A stretch of DNA of 64,000 nt, taken from assembly GCA_965218115.1 (NCBI GenBank), contig OZ244584.1:1646576-1710575 (forward strand), given 5' to 3'. Under the pieces are notes generated by a model. It made no database searches and had not been told where the DNA came from. It saw only the letters and a program-made list of their open reading frames with translations. The position numbers and the translations under genes were made by a program. How positions within the stretch are numbered: position 1 is the stretch's first letter; every line of letters begins with the position of its first letter. The DNA is from Dehalococcoidia bacterium. Lineage in GTDB: Bacteria; Chloroflexota; Dehalococcoidia; Bin125. Shown here piece by piece: positions 1-9,800 of the stretch.

Positions 1-1062
1 CTCGAGGATGGAGCGCGAAGAAAGCGCATCGGAAATCGTGCGCGCAGCACTCAAACCGACTTCGGCGATCCTGATCTCGTGCCTTTTTCGCCCTCCTCCC
101 CCTCCTCCTCCGCTGCGTTTCGCGTCGTCCGCCGCGAGCTGTGCATCGATCGCCTTGTACGCCGTTTCAGGCAATACCTCCACGTTGATCATGGCGATCG
201 TCGCTGCTCGAATACTCACTTTAAACCGACGGGCCGCCTTCTTGGCTTGCTCAAGATCCGAGAGCTTCGCAATCGTCTCTCGATGAGCAAACGAAGCCAC
301 ATCATCACGGGGTATGAGCACGGCATTGGCCGTTTGATCACACCACCGCTCGATTGCAACGGCCTCTTGCCGCAAGCTCAGGCAACTCTGCTGCTCGCCA
401 AGCCCCAGATGCGCCATCTCGTGCCAGAGGGTGAACGAACGGGCGGGGAACGACTCGGCGCTGTTCACCGCTGCTACCGGAGCGAACGCATCAGGGAGTG
501 TGAACCCGCGAAGGCCATTGCGGCCCAGCGCCAGCTGCATTGGCATTACTCGGCGGAACTCTAACGCGCCCCGCCAAGCCTGAAACGCTTCCGAATCGCT
601 GCCCCACTCATACTGCTCTCCAACGGAGATGGTCGACCATTCGCGCAGGACGCCGCCCGCCTCGTGTGGGGACATCTCTCTGCTCAGGCGCGGAAGTTCG
701 ACCGGTCCATTGTTCTCACGAAGTTCGGAGATCAACGCCTGGCGCCGCATCGCGCGACGAATCGACAAGCGCTCTTCTGGGCGAAGTACTCGCGGCTCGC
801 GCCCCTGGGCCACCCGCAGCCCGGTCGGCAGCGACGCATCCTGCGGAGGCGATTTGAGATAGAACAGGGTGAACGGCCGATGCAACTTGGCGGCCAGCTT
901 GGTCAATTGCCCTCTCGTCGGAGTTGAGCCGCCGTCTACCCAGCTTTGGACCGCCTCGCACGACACCCTGACAGACTTGGCGATCTCGTCGGGAGTGAAA
1001 CCGGACTCGTCGATCGCCCACGCGATGACTTCTGCGTTCGTCCGCGTCTGCGTGGCTGCCAT
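1..1062 (-). CDS. XRE-family HTH fused to an ImmA/IrrE-type (COG2856) zinc metallopeptidase domain. The CDS is partial: the N-terminus is at 1062 and the C-terminus runs off the window.
   Basis: I translated the minus strand by hand from the ATG at 1062: MAATQTRTNAEVIAWAIDESGFTPDEIAKSVRVSCEAVQSWVDGG... (HTH), then ...FTLWHEMAHLGLGEQQ (HEXXH motif), then ...SGGGGGGGRKRHE. No stop was seen before position 1. It is absent from the ORF track because it has no stop inside the window. Confidence 0.5.
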   Translation of the reverse strand, partial: MAATQTRTNAEVIAWAIDESGFTPDEIAKSVRVSCEAVQSWVDGGSTPTRGQLTKLAAKLHRPFTLFYLKSPPQDASLPTGLRVAQGREPRVLRPEERLSIRRAMRRQALISELRENNGPVELPRLSREMSPHEAGGVLREWSTISVGEQYEWGSDSEAFQAWRGALEFRRVMPMQLALGRNGLRGFTLPDAFAPVAAVNSAESFPARSFTLWHEMAHLGLGEQQSCLSLRQEAVAIERWCDQTANAVLIPRDDVASFAHRETIAKLSDLEQAKKAARRFKVSIRAATIAMINVEVLPETAYKAIDAQLAADDAKRSGGGGGGGRKRHEIRIAEVGLSAARTISDALSSRSILE

Positions 1063-1108
1063 CTGCTGCTGCCTTCTGTCCAAGCCAGCTTAAGGCTCCT
1101 GACTCCAG

Positions 1109-1372
1109 TCAGCCGCCGCTGATCTGCGGCACGATCGCGATCTCAGCATCCTGCGGGACGCGCGTGATCAGGCCGGTGCTGACGATGTCGCCGTTGATCG
1201 CGAGGCTGATGCCGCGGCCGATCCGGCCGTTTTCGACCAGGCGGGCGGAGAGCTTGGGGTAGCGCTCGCCGAGATCGGCGATCACGCTGCGCAGGTTATG
1301 GCCGCTGGCCTGAATCTCTGCGTCGCCGTCGCTGAGCGTGCGGAGCATCACCGGGATCAAGACCTTGACCAC
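1109..1372 (-). CDS. MoaD/ThiS-family sulfur-carrier protein
   Basis: 87 aa with a C-terminal Gly-Gly (…IVPQISGG). It sits immediately downstream of the molybdoenzyme operon. Confidence 0.55.
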   Translation of the reverse strand: MVKVLIPVMLRTLSDGDAEIQASGHNLRSVIADLGERYPKLSARLVENGRIGRGISLAINGDIVSTGLITRVPQDAEIAIVPQISGG

Positions 1373-1411
1373 GGTGATGCTCCGCCGCTCTGCGGTGTAT
1401 GAGCGGCTTGC

Positions 1412-3700
1412 TTAGACCTCCGCGGGCAGCGTTGCCTCGAGGATCGCGCGCGGCGACATCGGCAGCGCGCTCATCCGCAGGCCGATCGCGTCGGCGATCG
1501 CGGCCTGGATGGCCGGGGCCGGCGGGATGATCGGGACCTCGCCGACGCCGCGCACGCCGTAAGGGTGCCCGGGGTTCGGCACCTCGACGATGATCGGCTC
1601 GATCATCGGCAGGTCGAGCGCGGTCGGCATGCGGTAGTCGAGCAGGCTGGCGTTCTTCAGGTCGCCCGTCTCGTCGTAGTAGTACTCCTCGTTCAGCGCC
1701 ATGCCGATGCCCTGCGTCGCGCCGCCCTGCATCTGTCCTTCGACGTATGCGGGGTGAATCGCGGTGCCGGCGTCCTGGACGGCGGTGTAGCGAAGAATCT
1801 CGACCTTGCCCGTGTCGGGGTCGACCTCGACATCGACGATGTGGGTCGCGAAGGCGGGACCCGAAGAGGTCTTGTTCACGTCGGCGCGGCCGACGATGTG
1901 GCCGCCGCTGGCGGCGAGCTGGCCGGCCAGCTCCTTGAAGCTGAACGTGCGCTCATTGCCGTCGTCATCCGCGGGGCCGCGAATCATCGCGTCGTCGCCG
2001 TAGCTGACATCGTCGGCGTCGACCTCCCAAATCTGCGCGGCCCGCTGCTCCATCTGACGGCGGATGTCCATCGCGCACTCGTAGGCGGCCCAGCCGCCGG
2101 CGAAGGTCGTGCGGCTGCCGCCGGTGACCATCGTGTAGCCGACGCTGTTGGTGTCGACGACGTGCGGGTGCACTTCCTCGGCGGCGATGCCGAGCGTCTC
2201 GGCGAGCTGCATGGCGATCGAGGCGCGCGTGCCGCCGATATCGGTGGAGCCGAGCACCAGCGGAACCTTGCCGTCGCCGTTGACCTGCGCGTAGGCGCTC
2301 GATTCAAAGCCGATGTTGAACCAGAAGCCCTGCGCCACGCCGCGGCCCTGGTTGGGCCCGGACAGCTCGGAGTTCCAGTGCGAGCTGCTCTGCGCCGCCT
2401 CCATGCAGTCGACGTTGCCGATGATCCCGTAGGTGAAGCCGTCGGCGCGCGATGCGCCCTCAACAGAGGCGTTCTTGAGCCGCAGCTCGAGCGGGTCGAG
2501 CTGAAGTTGCTCGGCCAGCTCGTTGATCACGGCCTCCGTCGCGAACTCCGACTGGGGCGCGCCCGGCGCGCGGTAGGCGGCGGTCTTCGGCTTGTTGACG
2601 ACCACGTCGTAGCCGTCGATGAGCTGATTGGGGATGTCGTAGGGGGCGAGGGCGCACATGGCTCCGGCGCCGACCGGCGAGCCGGGGTAGGCACCGGCCT
2701 CGAAGGCGAGGTAGACCTCGCCGGCGGTCAGCCTGCCGTCGCGCATTGCGCCGATCTTGACCCGCATGTAGGTGCCGGAGGTCGGGCCGGTGGCCAGCAG
2801 GACCTCTTCGCGGTTCATGGTCAGCTGCACGGGGCGGCCGGTGTCACGCGAGAGAATCGCGGCGAGCGGCTCGAGATAGACGGGAATCTTCCCGCCGAAG
2901 CCGCCGCCGATCTCCATCGGCGTGACCTTGACCTGTGAGGGCGAGAGCTGCACCAGCGGCGCGACCGAGTCGCGCACCACGAACGAGCCCTGCGTGCTGG
3001 TCCAGACATCGAGCGTGCCGTCGGCGCGCCAGTAGGCGGTGCCGTTGTGCGGCTCGATGTAGCCCTGGTGCGCCATCGAGGTCTCGTACTCGCGCTCGAT
3101 TACCACATCGGCCTCGGCGAAACCCGCGTCCATGTCGCCCTTGGCGAAGCGCAGGTGCGAGGCGGTGTTGCTGTCACTGTCGCTTAGCGAACCGTCCATC
3201 TCGCCGGTCTTCATGCCGTCGTGCAGCTTGGGCGCCGTGTCGAGCATCGCGTCGCGCACGTCGAGGACCGGCGGGAGCACTTCGTATTCGACCGTGATCA
3301 GCTCGATCGCGTCCTCGGCGATGTGGTGATCGGTCGCGGCGACGGCGGCCACTGCGTGACCCTTGTAGAGCACCTTGTCGGAGGCGATCACGTTGTCGAG
3401 CAGCCAACTGAGCTGCGCGGAGCCTTCGCCGGTGTCGATCACCTCATCGGAGGCGCGCGGGAAGTCGGCGTTGGTGATCACGGCCTTGACGCCGGCCAGC
3501 GCGCTGGCCTTGCTGGTGTCGATGCTGAGGACCCTGGCGTGCGCGTGGGGGCTGCGCAGGACGCGGCCGTAGAGCATGCCGGGCAGCTGCAGATCGGCCC
3601 CGTACTGCGCGGCGCCGGTGACCTTGTCAACGCCGTCGTGACGGATCGGTCGGGTGCCGATGACTTTGTACTGTGTGTGCTGACGGTCGGCGGTAACCAT
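1412..3700 (-). CDS. Molybdopterin-binding large subunit of the xanthine dehydrogenase/CO dehydrogenase family (CoxL-like); substrate unclear
   Basis: 762 aa. The N-terminus (YKVIGTRPIRHDGVDKVTGAAQYGADL) and overall features are typical of XDH/CoxL large subunits. The loop reads …AAYRAPGAPQ…, which is neither the form I VAYRCSFR nor the form II AYRGAGR signature. Confidence 0.85.
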   Translation of the reverse strand: MVTADRQHTQYKVIGTRPIRHDGVDKVTGAAQYGADLQLPGMLYGRVLRSPHAHARVLSIDTSKASALAGVKAVITNADFPRASDEVIDTGEGSAQLSWLLDNVIASDKVLYKGHAVAAVAATDHHIAEDAIELITVEYEVLPPVLDVRDAMLDTAPKLHDGMKTGEMDGSLSDSDSNTASHLRFAKGDMDAGFAEADVVIEREYETSMAHQGYIEPHNGTAYWRADGTLDVWTSTQGSFVVRDSVAPLVQLSPSQVKVTPMEIGGGFGGKIPVYLEPLAAILSRDTGRPVQLTMNREEVLLATGPTSGTYMRVKIGAMRDGRLTAGEVYLAFEAGAYPGSPVGAGAMCALAPYDIPNQLIDGYDVVVNKPKTAAYRAPGAPQSEFATEAVINELAEQLQLDPLELRLKNASVEGASRADGFTYGIIGNVDCMEAAQSSSHWNSELSGPNQGRGVAQGFWFNIGFESSAYAQVNGDGKVPLVLGSTDIGGTRASIAMQLAETLGIAAEEVHPHVVDTNSVGYTMVTGGSRTTFAGGWAAYECAMDIRRQMEQRAAQIWEVDADDVSYGDDAMIRGPADDDGNERTFSFKELAGQLAASGGHIVGRADVNKTSSGPAFATHIVDVEVDPDTGKVEILRYTAVQDAGTAIHPAYVEGQMQGGATQGIGMALNEEYYYDETGDLKNASLLDYRMPTALDLPMIEPIIVEVPNPGHPYGVRGVGEVPIIPPAPAIQAAIADAIGLRMSALPMSPRAILEATLPAEV

Positions 3701-3754
3701 TGCGGGTGTCCCTTCTGTGGTCGGGCGTGGTCGACGTTGTTCAGGTCGGCTGAG

Positions 3755-4243
3755 TTATTGCTGTCCGGCGGCGAGTTGCACGGCGCGGATGATCTTGTCG
3801 TAGCCGGTGCAGCGGCAGAGGTTGCCGGCCAGCCAATAGCGGATTTCGTGTTCCGTCGGGTCCGGGTTCTGCTCGAGCAGCGCCTCCGCGGCGACGAGGA
3901 AGCCCGGGGTGCAGATGCCGCACTGCAGCGCGGCCTCTTCGAGGAACGCGTTCTGCAGCGGTGAGAGCTGGTCGCCGTCGGCGAGGCCCTCGACGGTGAG
4001 CACGTCGGAGCCTTCGACTTCGGCAGCCATCACCAGGCAGGAGTTGACGATTCGGCCGTCGAGGTTCACGCAGCAGGCGCCGCAGTTGCCGTTGTTGCAG
4101 CCTTCCTTGGCCCCGGTCAGGCCAATCCGGTCGCGCAGCGCTTCGAGCAGGCTGTCGCGCTCGTTGGCGAGGAAGACCGTCGGCTCACCGTTGATGGTGG
4201 TGTTGACGACGATGTGGGTCGTTGCGGGCGAGGTCTGGGTCAC
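3755..4243 (-). CDS. (2Fe-2S)-binding small subunit (CoxS-like)
   Basis: 162 aa with cysteine motifs CNNGNCGACCV…C and CGICTPG…CRCTGY. Confidence 0.85.
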   Translation of the reverse strand: MTQTSPATTHIVVNTTINGEPTVFLANERDSLLEALRDRIGLTGAKEGCNNGNCGACCVNLDGRIVNSCLVMAAEVEGSDVLTVEGLADGDQLSPLQNAFLEEAALQCGICTPGFLVAAEALLEQNPDPTEHEIRYWLAGNLCRCTGYDKIIRAVQLAAGQQ

Positions 4244-4278
4244 AGTGGCGACTCCCTACGAAAAGCTGTGCTGAATGT

Positions 4279-5142
4279 CTAGGCCGCGCGCTCGGCGGCC
4301 TGGCGGATGGTTCGTTCGGTCAACACGCCGGCCAAGTGGCGGCGCTGGCGGATCGATCCGCGCATGTCGCTGATCGGGACAGCGGCGGCGCGCGATGCGG
4401 CCGCTGCGGCTTCGATCGTCTCGTCGCTGAGCGGCTGGCCGACCAGCGCGGCGGCGGCGTCATCGACGAGCAGCGGGATCGGGGCGACCGCGCCGATCGA
4501 GACGCGCGCCCAAGTCACCGTGCCGTCTTCAATCCGCACCTGCGTGGCGGCGTTGGTGACGGCGATGTCCATCTCGTTGCGCGGGATGAAGCGCAGGAAG
4601 CGGGCGCCGCTACCGGCGGCCGGCGTCGGCACGTTGAGCGAGACGACGAACTCGCCCGTCTCCAGCACGTTGCGCCCGGGGGCAGTGCAGAAGTCCTCAA
4701 CGGCGACGCTGCGGCGGCCGTTGGGGCCGGCGATCTCAACGGTCGCCTCCAGCACGATCAGCGTGGGGATGCCGTCGGCGGCGGGCGACGAGTTGCAGAG
4801 GTTTCCGCCGAGGCTGGCGCGGCCCTGGATCGCCGTGCCGCCGATCAGCGAGGTCGAGTCGACGATCGACGGGTAGAGATCGCGGACGGTCTCGCTCGCG
4901 TAGATGTCGTAGCAGGGGGTGGCCGCGCCGATGGTCAGGCCGGAGTCGGCGTCGTATGAGAGCGCCATGACTTCGGGGATGTGCTTGATGTCGACGAACA
5001 GATCGATGTCGCGCGTGCGTTCACGCGCCTGGACGATCACGTCGGTTCCGCCGGCCAGCACGCGGGCTCCGACGCCGCCTTCGGCGAGCAATCGGGAAGC
5101 CTCTTCGACACTGGCGGCGCGTGCGTACTTGACGGCTTGCAC
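4279..5142 (-). CDS. FAD-binding medium subunit (CoxM-like)
   Basis: 287 aa. It has the FAD-binding molybdopterin-dehydrogenase layout (…LAGGTDVIVQ…) and lies in an operon with the small and large subunits. Confidence 0.8.
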   Translation of the reverse strand: MQAVKYARAASVEEASRLLAEGGVGARVLAGGTDVIVQARERTRDIDLFVDIKHIPEVMALSYDADSGLTIGAATPCYDIYASETVRDLYPSIVDSTSLIGGTAIQGRASLGGNLCNSSPAADGIPTLIVLEATVEIAGPNGRRSVAVEDFCTAPGRNVLETGEFVVSLNVPTPAAGSGARFLRFIPRNEMDIAVTNAATQVRIEDGTVTWARVSIGAVAPIPLLVDDAAAALVGQPLSDETIEAAAAASRAAAVPISDMRGSIRQRRHLAGVLTERTIRQAAERAA

Positions 5143-5273
5143 GTGTCCCGCCTCCTACCGTGAAATTTGGCGCGTGGCGCAGCATCTTGAGCGCACACAA
5201 CGCACACGCCGGAACTCCGGCGTGCGTTGGGAGGATAGCGCATCGTGGGGGGCGGGCTGTCGGTCGGTGGGGC

Positions 5274-6722
5274 TCAGTCGGCGCTCGCGGCGACCGGGGG
5301 CGCCTCGGTTTCGACGATCGCCTCGGAGGGCGCGAGGCGCCCGCCCCTGGTGATCCTCAGCACCGCGTAGCCCAGCAGGGCCGCGATGATCGAGGCGGCA
5401 AAGACGCCCATCTTGGCCGCTTCGAGCGAGGTCACACCTGAGGGGTCGTCGAGATCGAAGGAGAGATTGGCGATAAAGATGGCGACGGTGAAGCCGATCC
5501 CGGCGAGCAGCGCGGCGCCGGCGAGGTGCGTCCAGGTTAGCGAGGGAGGCTTGATCGCGATCCTGAAGCGAATCGCGAGCGCCGAGACGAGCAGAATCCC
5601 GCCGAATTTGCCCAGTAACAGGCCGAGGAAGATGCCCCAGGCGACGTTGGAGCTGACGGCGGCGGAGATGCTGTCGCCGCTGATCAGGATGCCCGCGTTG
5701 GCCAGCGCGAAGAGCGGTACCACGAAGAACGCCGAGATCGGGGCTGCCTCTTCCTCGAGGCGCTCGAGTGGACTCATGCCCTCGTGGGCGACGTGACGCA
5801 CGCCGCGCAACGCTTCTTGCGAGTCGGCTGCGGCGACACGCGGGTCCTCATCGCCCATCGCGTGGCGCAGACGCTGCAGAAAGTAGTCGATCCGCCGAGA
5901 CGTGCCTTCGTGGTTGTACAGCGAGCTTGCCGGCACGATCAGGCCGAGGATCACCCCGGCGAGCGTGGAATGAATGCCGGCTTCCCACAACGTGAGCCAG
6001 AGAATTGCACCACCGATGGCGTGCACCCCGAAGTGTCGGACCCCGACCCGCTTCAGCAGCAGCAAGAACGCGACAGCGCCGAGCAGGCCGCCGATCCACT
6101 CGATCCGGATGTTCTCGCTGTAGAAGATGGCGATGATCAGAATCCCGCCCACGTCGTCGGCCACCGCGAGTGTGAGCAGGAAGATCTTCAGCTGCACCGG
6201 GATTCGCGGCCCGACCAGCGCGAGCACACCGAGGGCAAAGGCGATGTCCGTGGCGACGGGGATGCCCCACCCGGCGCTGCCGGCGCCGCCGGCGTTGAAC
6301 GCCGCGTAGATGGCTGCGGGCACGATCATGCCGCCCAGCGCCGCAGCGATCGGCAGGGCCGCCTGGCGCGGGTTCTGCAGCTCGCCGTGCACGACCTCGC
6401 GCTTGATTTCGGCGCCGACGACTAAAAAGAAGACCACCATGAGCACGTCGTTGACGACGTGTTGCAGGCTGACTCCGCTGCCGGGGTGGAGTTTGTCCTC
6501 GAACGCCCAGATCGCCAGATCGAGGCGAACCTCCGCATGCCAGAACGACGTGTAGGCGTCGGGCGCGGCGTTCGCCCAAATCATCGCCACGACCGCAGCC
6601 GCGACCAGCACGATCCCGCCGGCGGCCTCGACCTGCATGAAGCGCAGGGTCGGTTCGACGACGAGCCGACGGATCGGCCCGGAGCCCTGCATCCACGGTG
6701 GTCGGTAGAGGTCGGCCATCAC
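5274..6722 (-). CDS. nhaA: Na+/H+ antiporter NhaA
   Basis: 482-aa polytopic membrane protein with NhaA-family sequence features. Confidence 0.8.
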   Translation of the reverse strand: MMADLYRPPWMQGSGPIRRLVVEPTLRFMQVEAAGGIVLVAAAVVAMIWANAAPDAYTSFWHAEVRLDLAIWAFEDKLHPGSGVSLQHVVNDVLMVVFFLVVGAEIKREVVHGELQNPRQAALPIAAALGGMIVPAAIYAAFNAGGAGSAGWGIPVATDIAFALGVLALVGPRIPVQLKIFLLTLAVADDVGGILIIAIFYSENIRIEWIGGLLGAVAFLLLLKRVGVRHFGVHAIGGAILWLTLWEAGIHSTLAGVILGLIVPASSLYNHEGTSRRIDYFLQRLRHAMGDEDPRVAAADSQEALRGVRHVAHEGMSPLERLEEEAAPISAFFVVPLFALANAGILISGDSISAAVSSNVAWGIFLGLLLGKFGGILLVSALAIRFRIAIKPPSLTWTHLAGAALLAGIGFTVAIFIANLSFDLDDPSGVTSLEAAKMGVFAASIIAALLGYAVLRITRGGRLAPSEAIVETEAPPVAASAD

Positions 6723-6844
6723 GCTCCTCCGCGCAAGCGAACGTTAGCCAAGCGTGGCCGCCGGGTCATGCTCCCCCGGACAGACGGGAGTTCGGCGCAA
6801 CGCGAGACGGTCGTCGCAGGCGCTTGGTTCTGAAGGCACTTGGT

Positions 6845-9800
6845 TCAGATCGTGAAGTAGTGCGCATCGGGGTGGTGGACGATCAGTGCGGAGGTCGATT
6901 GCTCGGGCTCGATCTGCCACTCCTCGGAGAGCGTCGCGCCGATCCGCTCGGGCTCGAGGATGCGCCAGAGCTGCACCTGGTCCTCGAGATTCGGGCAGGC
7001 CGGGTAGCCGAACGAGTAGCGCGCGCCGCGGTAGGTGGTCTTGAACAGGTCCTGCGGGGTCGGGCCGTCGGCGTCGGCGATGCCCAGCTCGGCGCGCATC
7101 CGGCGGTGCCAGAACTCGGCCAGCGCCTCGGCCAGCTCGACGCCGAAGCCGTGCCAGTAGAGGTAGTCCTGATAGCGGTCGGCGGCGAACAGCTCGGCGG
7201 TGTGCCGGGAGACGCGCCGGCCCATCGTGACGACGTGGAAGCCGACCGCGTCGGTCCGGCCCGATTCGACGGAGCTGAAGTAGTCCGAGAGGCAGAGCCC
7301 CTGTTTGCCGTCCTGACGCGGGAAGCTGAAGCGGGCGAGCTCGCCCTCAGCGCCGGGTCGGTAGACGATCAGGTCGTCGCCGGAGGACTGGGCGGGGAAA
7401 TAGCCGTAGACGACGGCGGGTTCGAGGATGCCCGAGCTGATCGCTTCGGCCTGGAGCCGGCGCAGTGCGGGCCGCGCCTCCTGCTCCACCAGCTCGGCCC
7501 AGGCGTCCTGTCCGTCGCGGCTGCGGAAGCCCCACTGCCCGCGGAAGAGGGTGGTCTCGTTGATGTAGGGGAAGAGCTCGGCGAGCGCGAGCCCGCGCAC
7601 GACGCGCGTGCCCCAGAACGGGGGCACGGGAATCTCGGCGACCGGGGCGATTGGGCGGGGCTCGGCGAGGGCCGTCGCGGCCCGCCTGGGCTTCGCGCGG
7701 CGCGCGACCGGCGCGTGGTCGGGCGGGTCGCCGTCGGCCAGGGCGTTCATGATGCGCAGGCCCTCGAAGGCGTCCTGACCGTACCAGACACGGCCCTCGA
7801 AGCGCTCGCGCAGGTCGGCTTCGACGTAGCTGCGGGTCAGCGCCGCGCCGCCGAGCAGAATCGGCCAGCGCTCAGCGAGATCGCGGCGGTTGAGTTCGTC
7901 GAGGTCTTCCTTCATCACGAGCGTCGACTTGACCAGCAGCCCCGAGAGGCCGATGGCGTCCGCATCGTGCTCGATCGCGGCCTCGATGATCGGACCGATC
8001 GGCTGCTTGATGCCGAGATTGACGGTGCTGAATCCGTTGTTGCTGAGAATGATGTCGACGAGATTCTTGCCGATGTCGTGCACATCCCCGCGCACGGTCG
8101 CGAGCACGATCGTGCCCTTGCCCGCCGCGTCCGCCTTCTCCATGTGCGGCTCGAGCCAGGAGACCGAGGACTTCATCGTCTCGGCCGATTGCAGCACGAA
8201 GGGCAGCTGCATCTTGCCCGCGCCGAAGAGGTCGCCGACCTCCTGCATCGCGGGCAGCAGCAGGCCGTTGATGATCTCGAGAGCCGAGCGCGCCTCGAGC
8301 GCTTCGTCAAGGTCGTCGTGCAAGCCCTCGCGCAGGCCGTCGACGATGCGGCGGTGCAGGCGTTCTTCGACCGTCAGCTCGGCGATGTCGCTCTCGTCGC
8401 GGCGCAGCGAGACGCCCTCGAAGAGGGCCATGAACTCGGTCAGCGGGTCAGCGCCATCGACCCATTCGTCGTGGATCAGCCGCAGGGCGGCTCGGCGATG
8501 CCGCTCGTCGATCTGGTGCGCCGGCAGAATCTGGGCAGCGTGCACGATCGCGGCCGAGAGGCCGCGCTCGACCGCCTCCTGTAGGAAGACGCTGTTGAGT
8601 ACCTGTCGCGCCGCCGGGCTGAGACCGAACGAGACGTTGCTGACGCCGAGGATCGTCTGGGAGCGCGGGAAGCGGCGGGTGATCTCGCGGATCGCGTCGA
8701 GCGTCTCGATCGCGTCGCGGCGCAGGTCTTGTTGCCCGCTGCCCAGCGGCATGGTCAGCGCGTCGAAGAACAGGTCCTCGGGAGGCAGGCCGTAATCGTT
8801 GGTGGCGATGCCGTAGAGCCGCTCGGCGATCGCGAGCTTGCGCTCGCAGGTGCGGGCCTGGCCGACCTCGTCGATCGAGAGCGCGACGACGCTGGCGCCG
8901 AAGCGCACGGCCGCGGAGAGCGTCTGGTCGAGCCGCTTGCCGCCATCTTCGAGGTTGATCGAGTTGACGATCGCCTTACCGCCGAGCAGCTTGAGGCCGG
9001 CCTCGATGACCGGCGGCTCGGTCGAGTCGAGCATCAGCGGCAGCGTCGAGAGCCCGCGCGCCTTGCGCACCAGCTCGTCCATGTCGGGCACCCCGTCGCG
9101 GCCGACGAAGTCGACGCAGAGATCGGCGACGTGCGCGCCCTCGCCGGCCTGGTCGCGCACGACGTTGGCCATCTGCTCCCACTGCTCTTCATCGAGCAAG
9201 CGCTTGAAGCGGCGTGAGCCGTTGGCGTTGGCGCGCTCGCCGACGATCAGGAACGAAGCGTCCTGGCGGTAGGGCACGGCGCTGAACAGCGACGCGGCGG
9301 CCGCCGGGAGACGGGGATCGCGTCGCGCCCGTTCGACGCCCTGGACGGCATCCTTGACCGCGCGCACGTGCTCGGCCGTGGTGCCGCAGCAGCCCCCGAC
9401 GATGCTGACGCCGTAGTCGCGAATGAAGCTGGCCTGCGCGTCGGCGAGCGCGTCGGGCGTGAGGTCGTAGACGGTCCGGCCGTCCTCGACGTGGGGCAGG
9501 CCCGCGTTGGGCGAGCAGAGCAACGGCAGCGGGGCGCTCTCGGCGAGGAAGCGCAGCGGTTCGTGCATCAGGTCGGGACCGGTGGCGCAGTTCAGCCCGA
9601 TCCCGGCGAGCCCGAGCGGGGCGAGCGCCGTCAGCGCTGCGCCGATCTCGCTGCCGACCAGCATCTGACCGGTCGTCTCGATCGTGACGGTGGCGAAGAC
9701 GGGGGTGTCGAGGCCGCGCTCGGCCAGGGCATCGCGGCAGGCGAGGATCGCGGCCTTGCCCTGCAGGAGGTCATAGACCGTCTCGACCAGCAGTGCATCG

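Noticed and set aside
1565-2938. 457-aa plus-strand ORF inside the coxL-like gene
   Set aside because: It is antisense to a well-supported 762-aa molybdoenzyme gene. Its composition is Gly/Ala/Arg/Val-rich, typical of spurious open frames in ~70% GC DNA.
6698-8584. 628-aa plus-strand ORF antisense to metH
   Set aside because: It lies entirely within metH on the opposite strand. The amino-acid composition is low-complexity R/G/A/D/L and no domain is recognisable.
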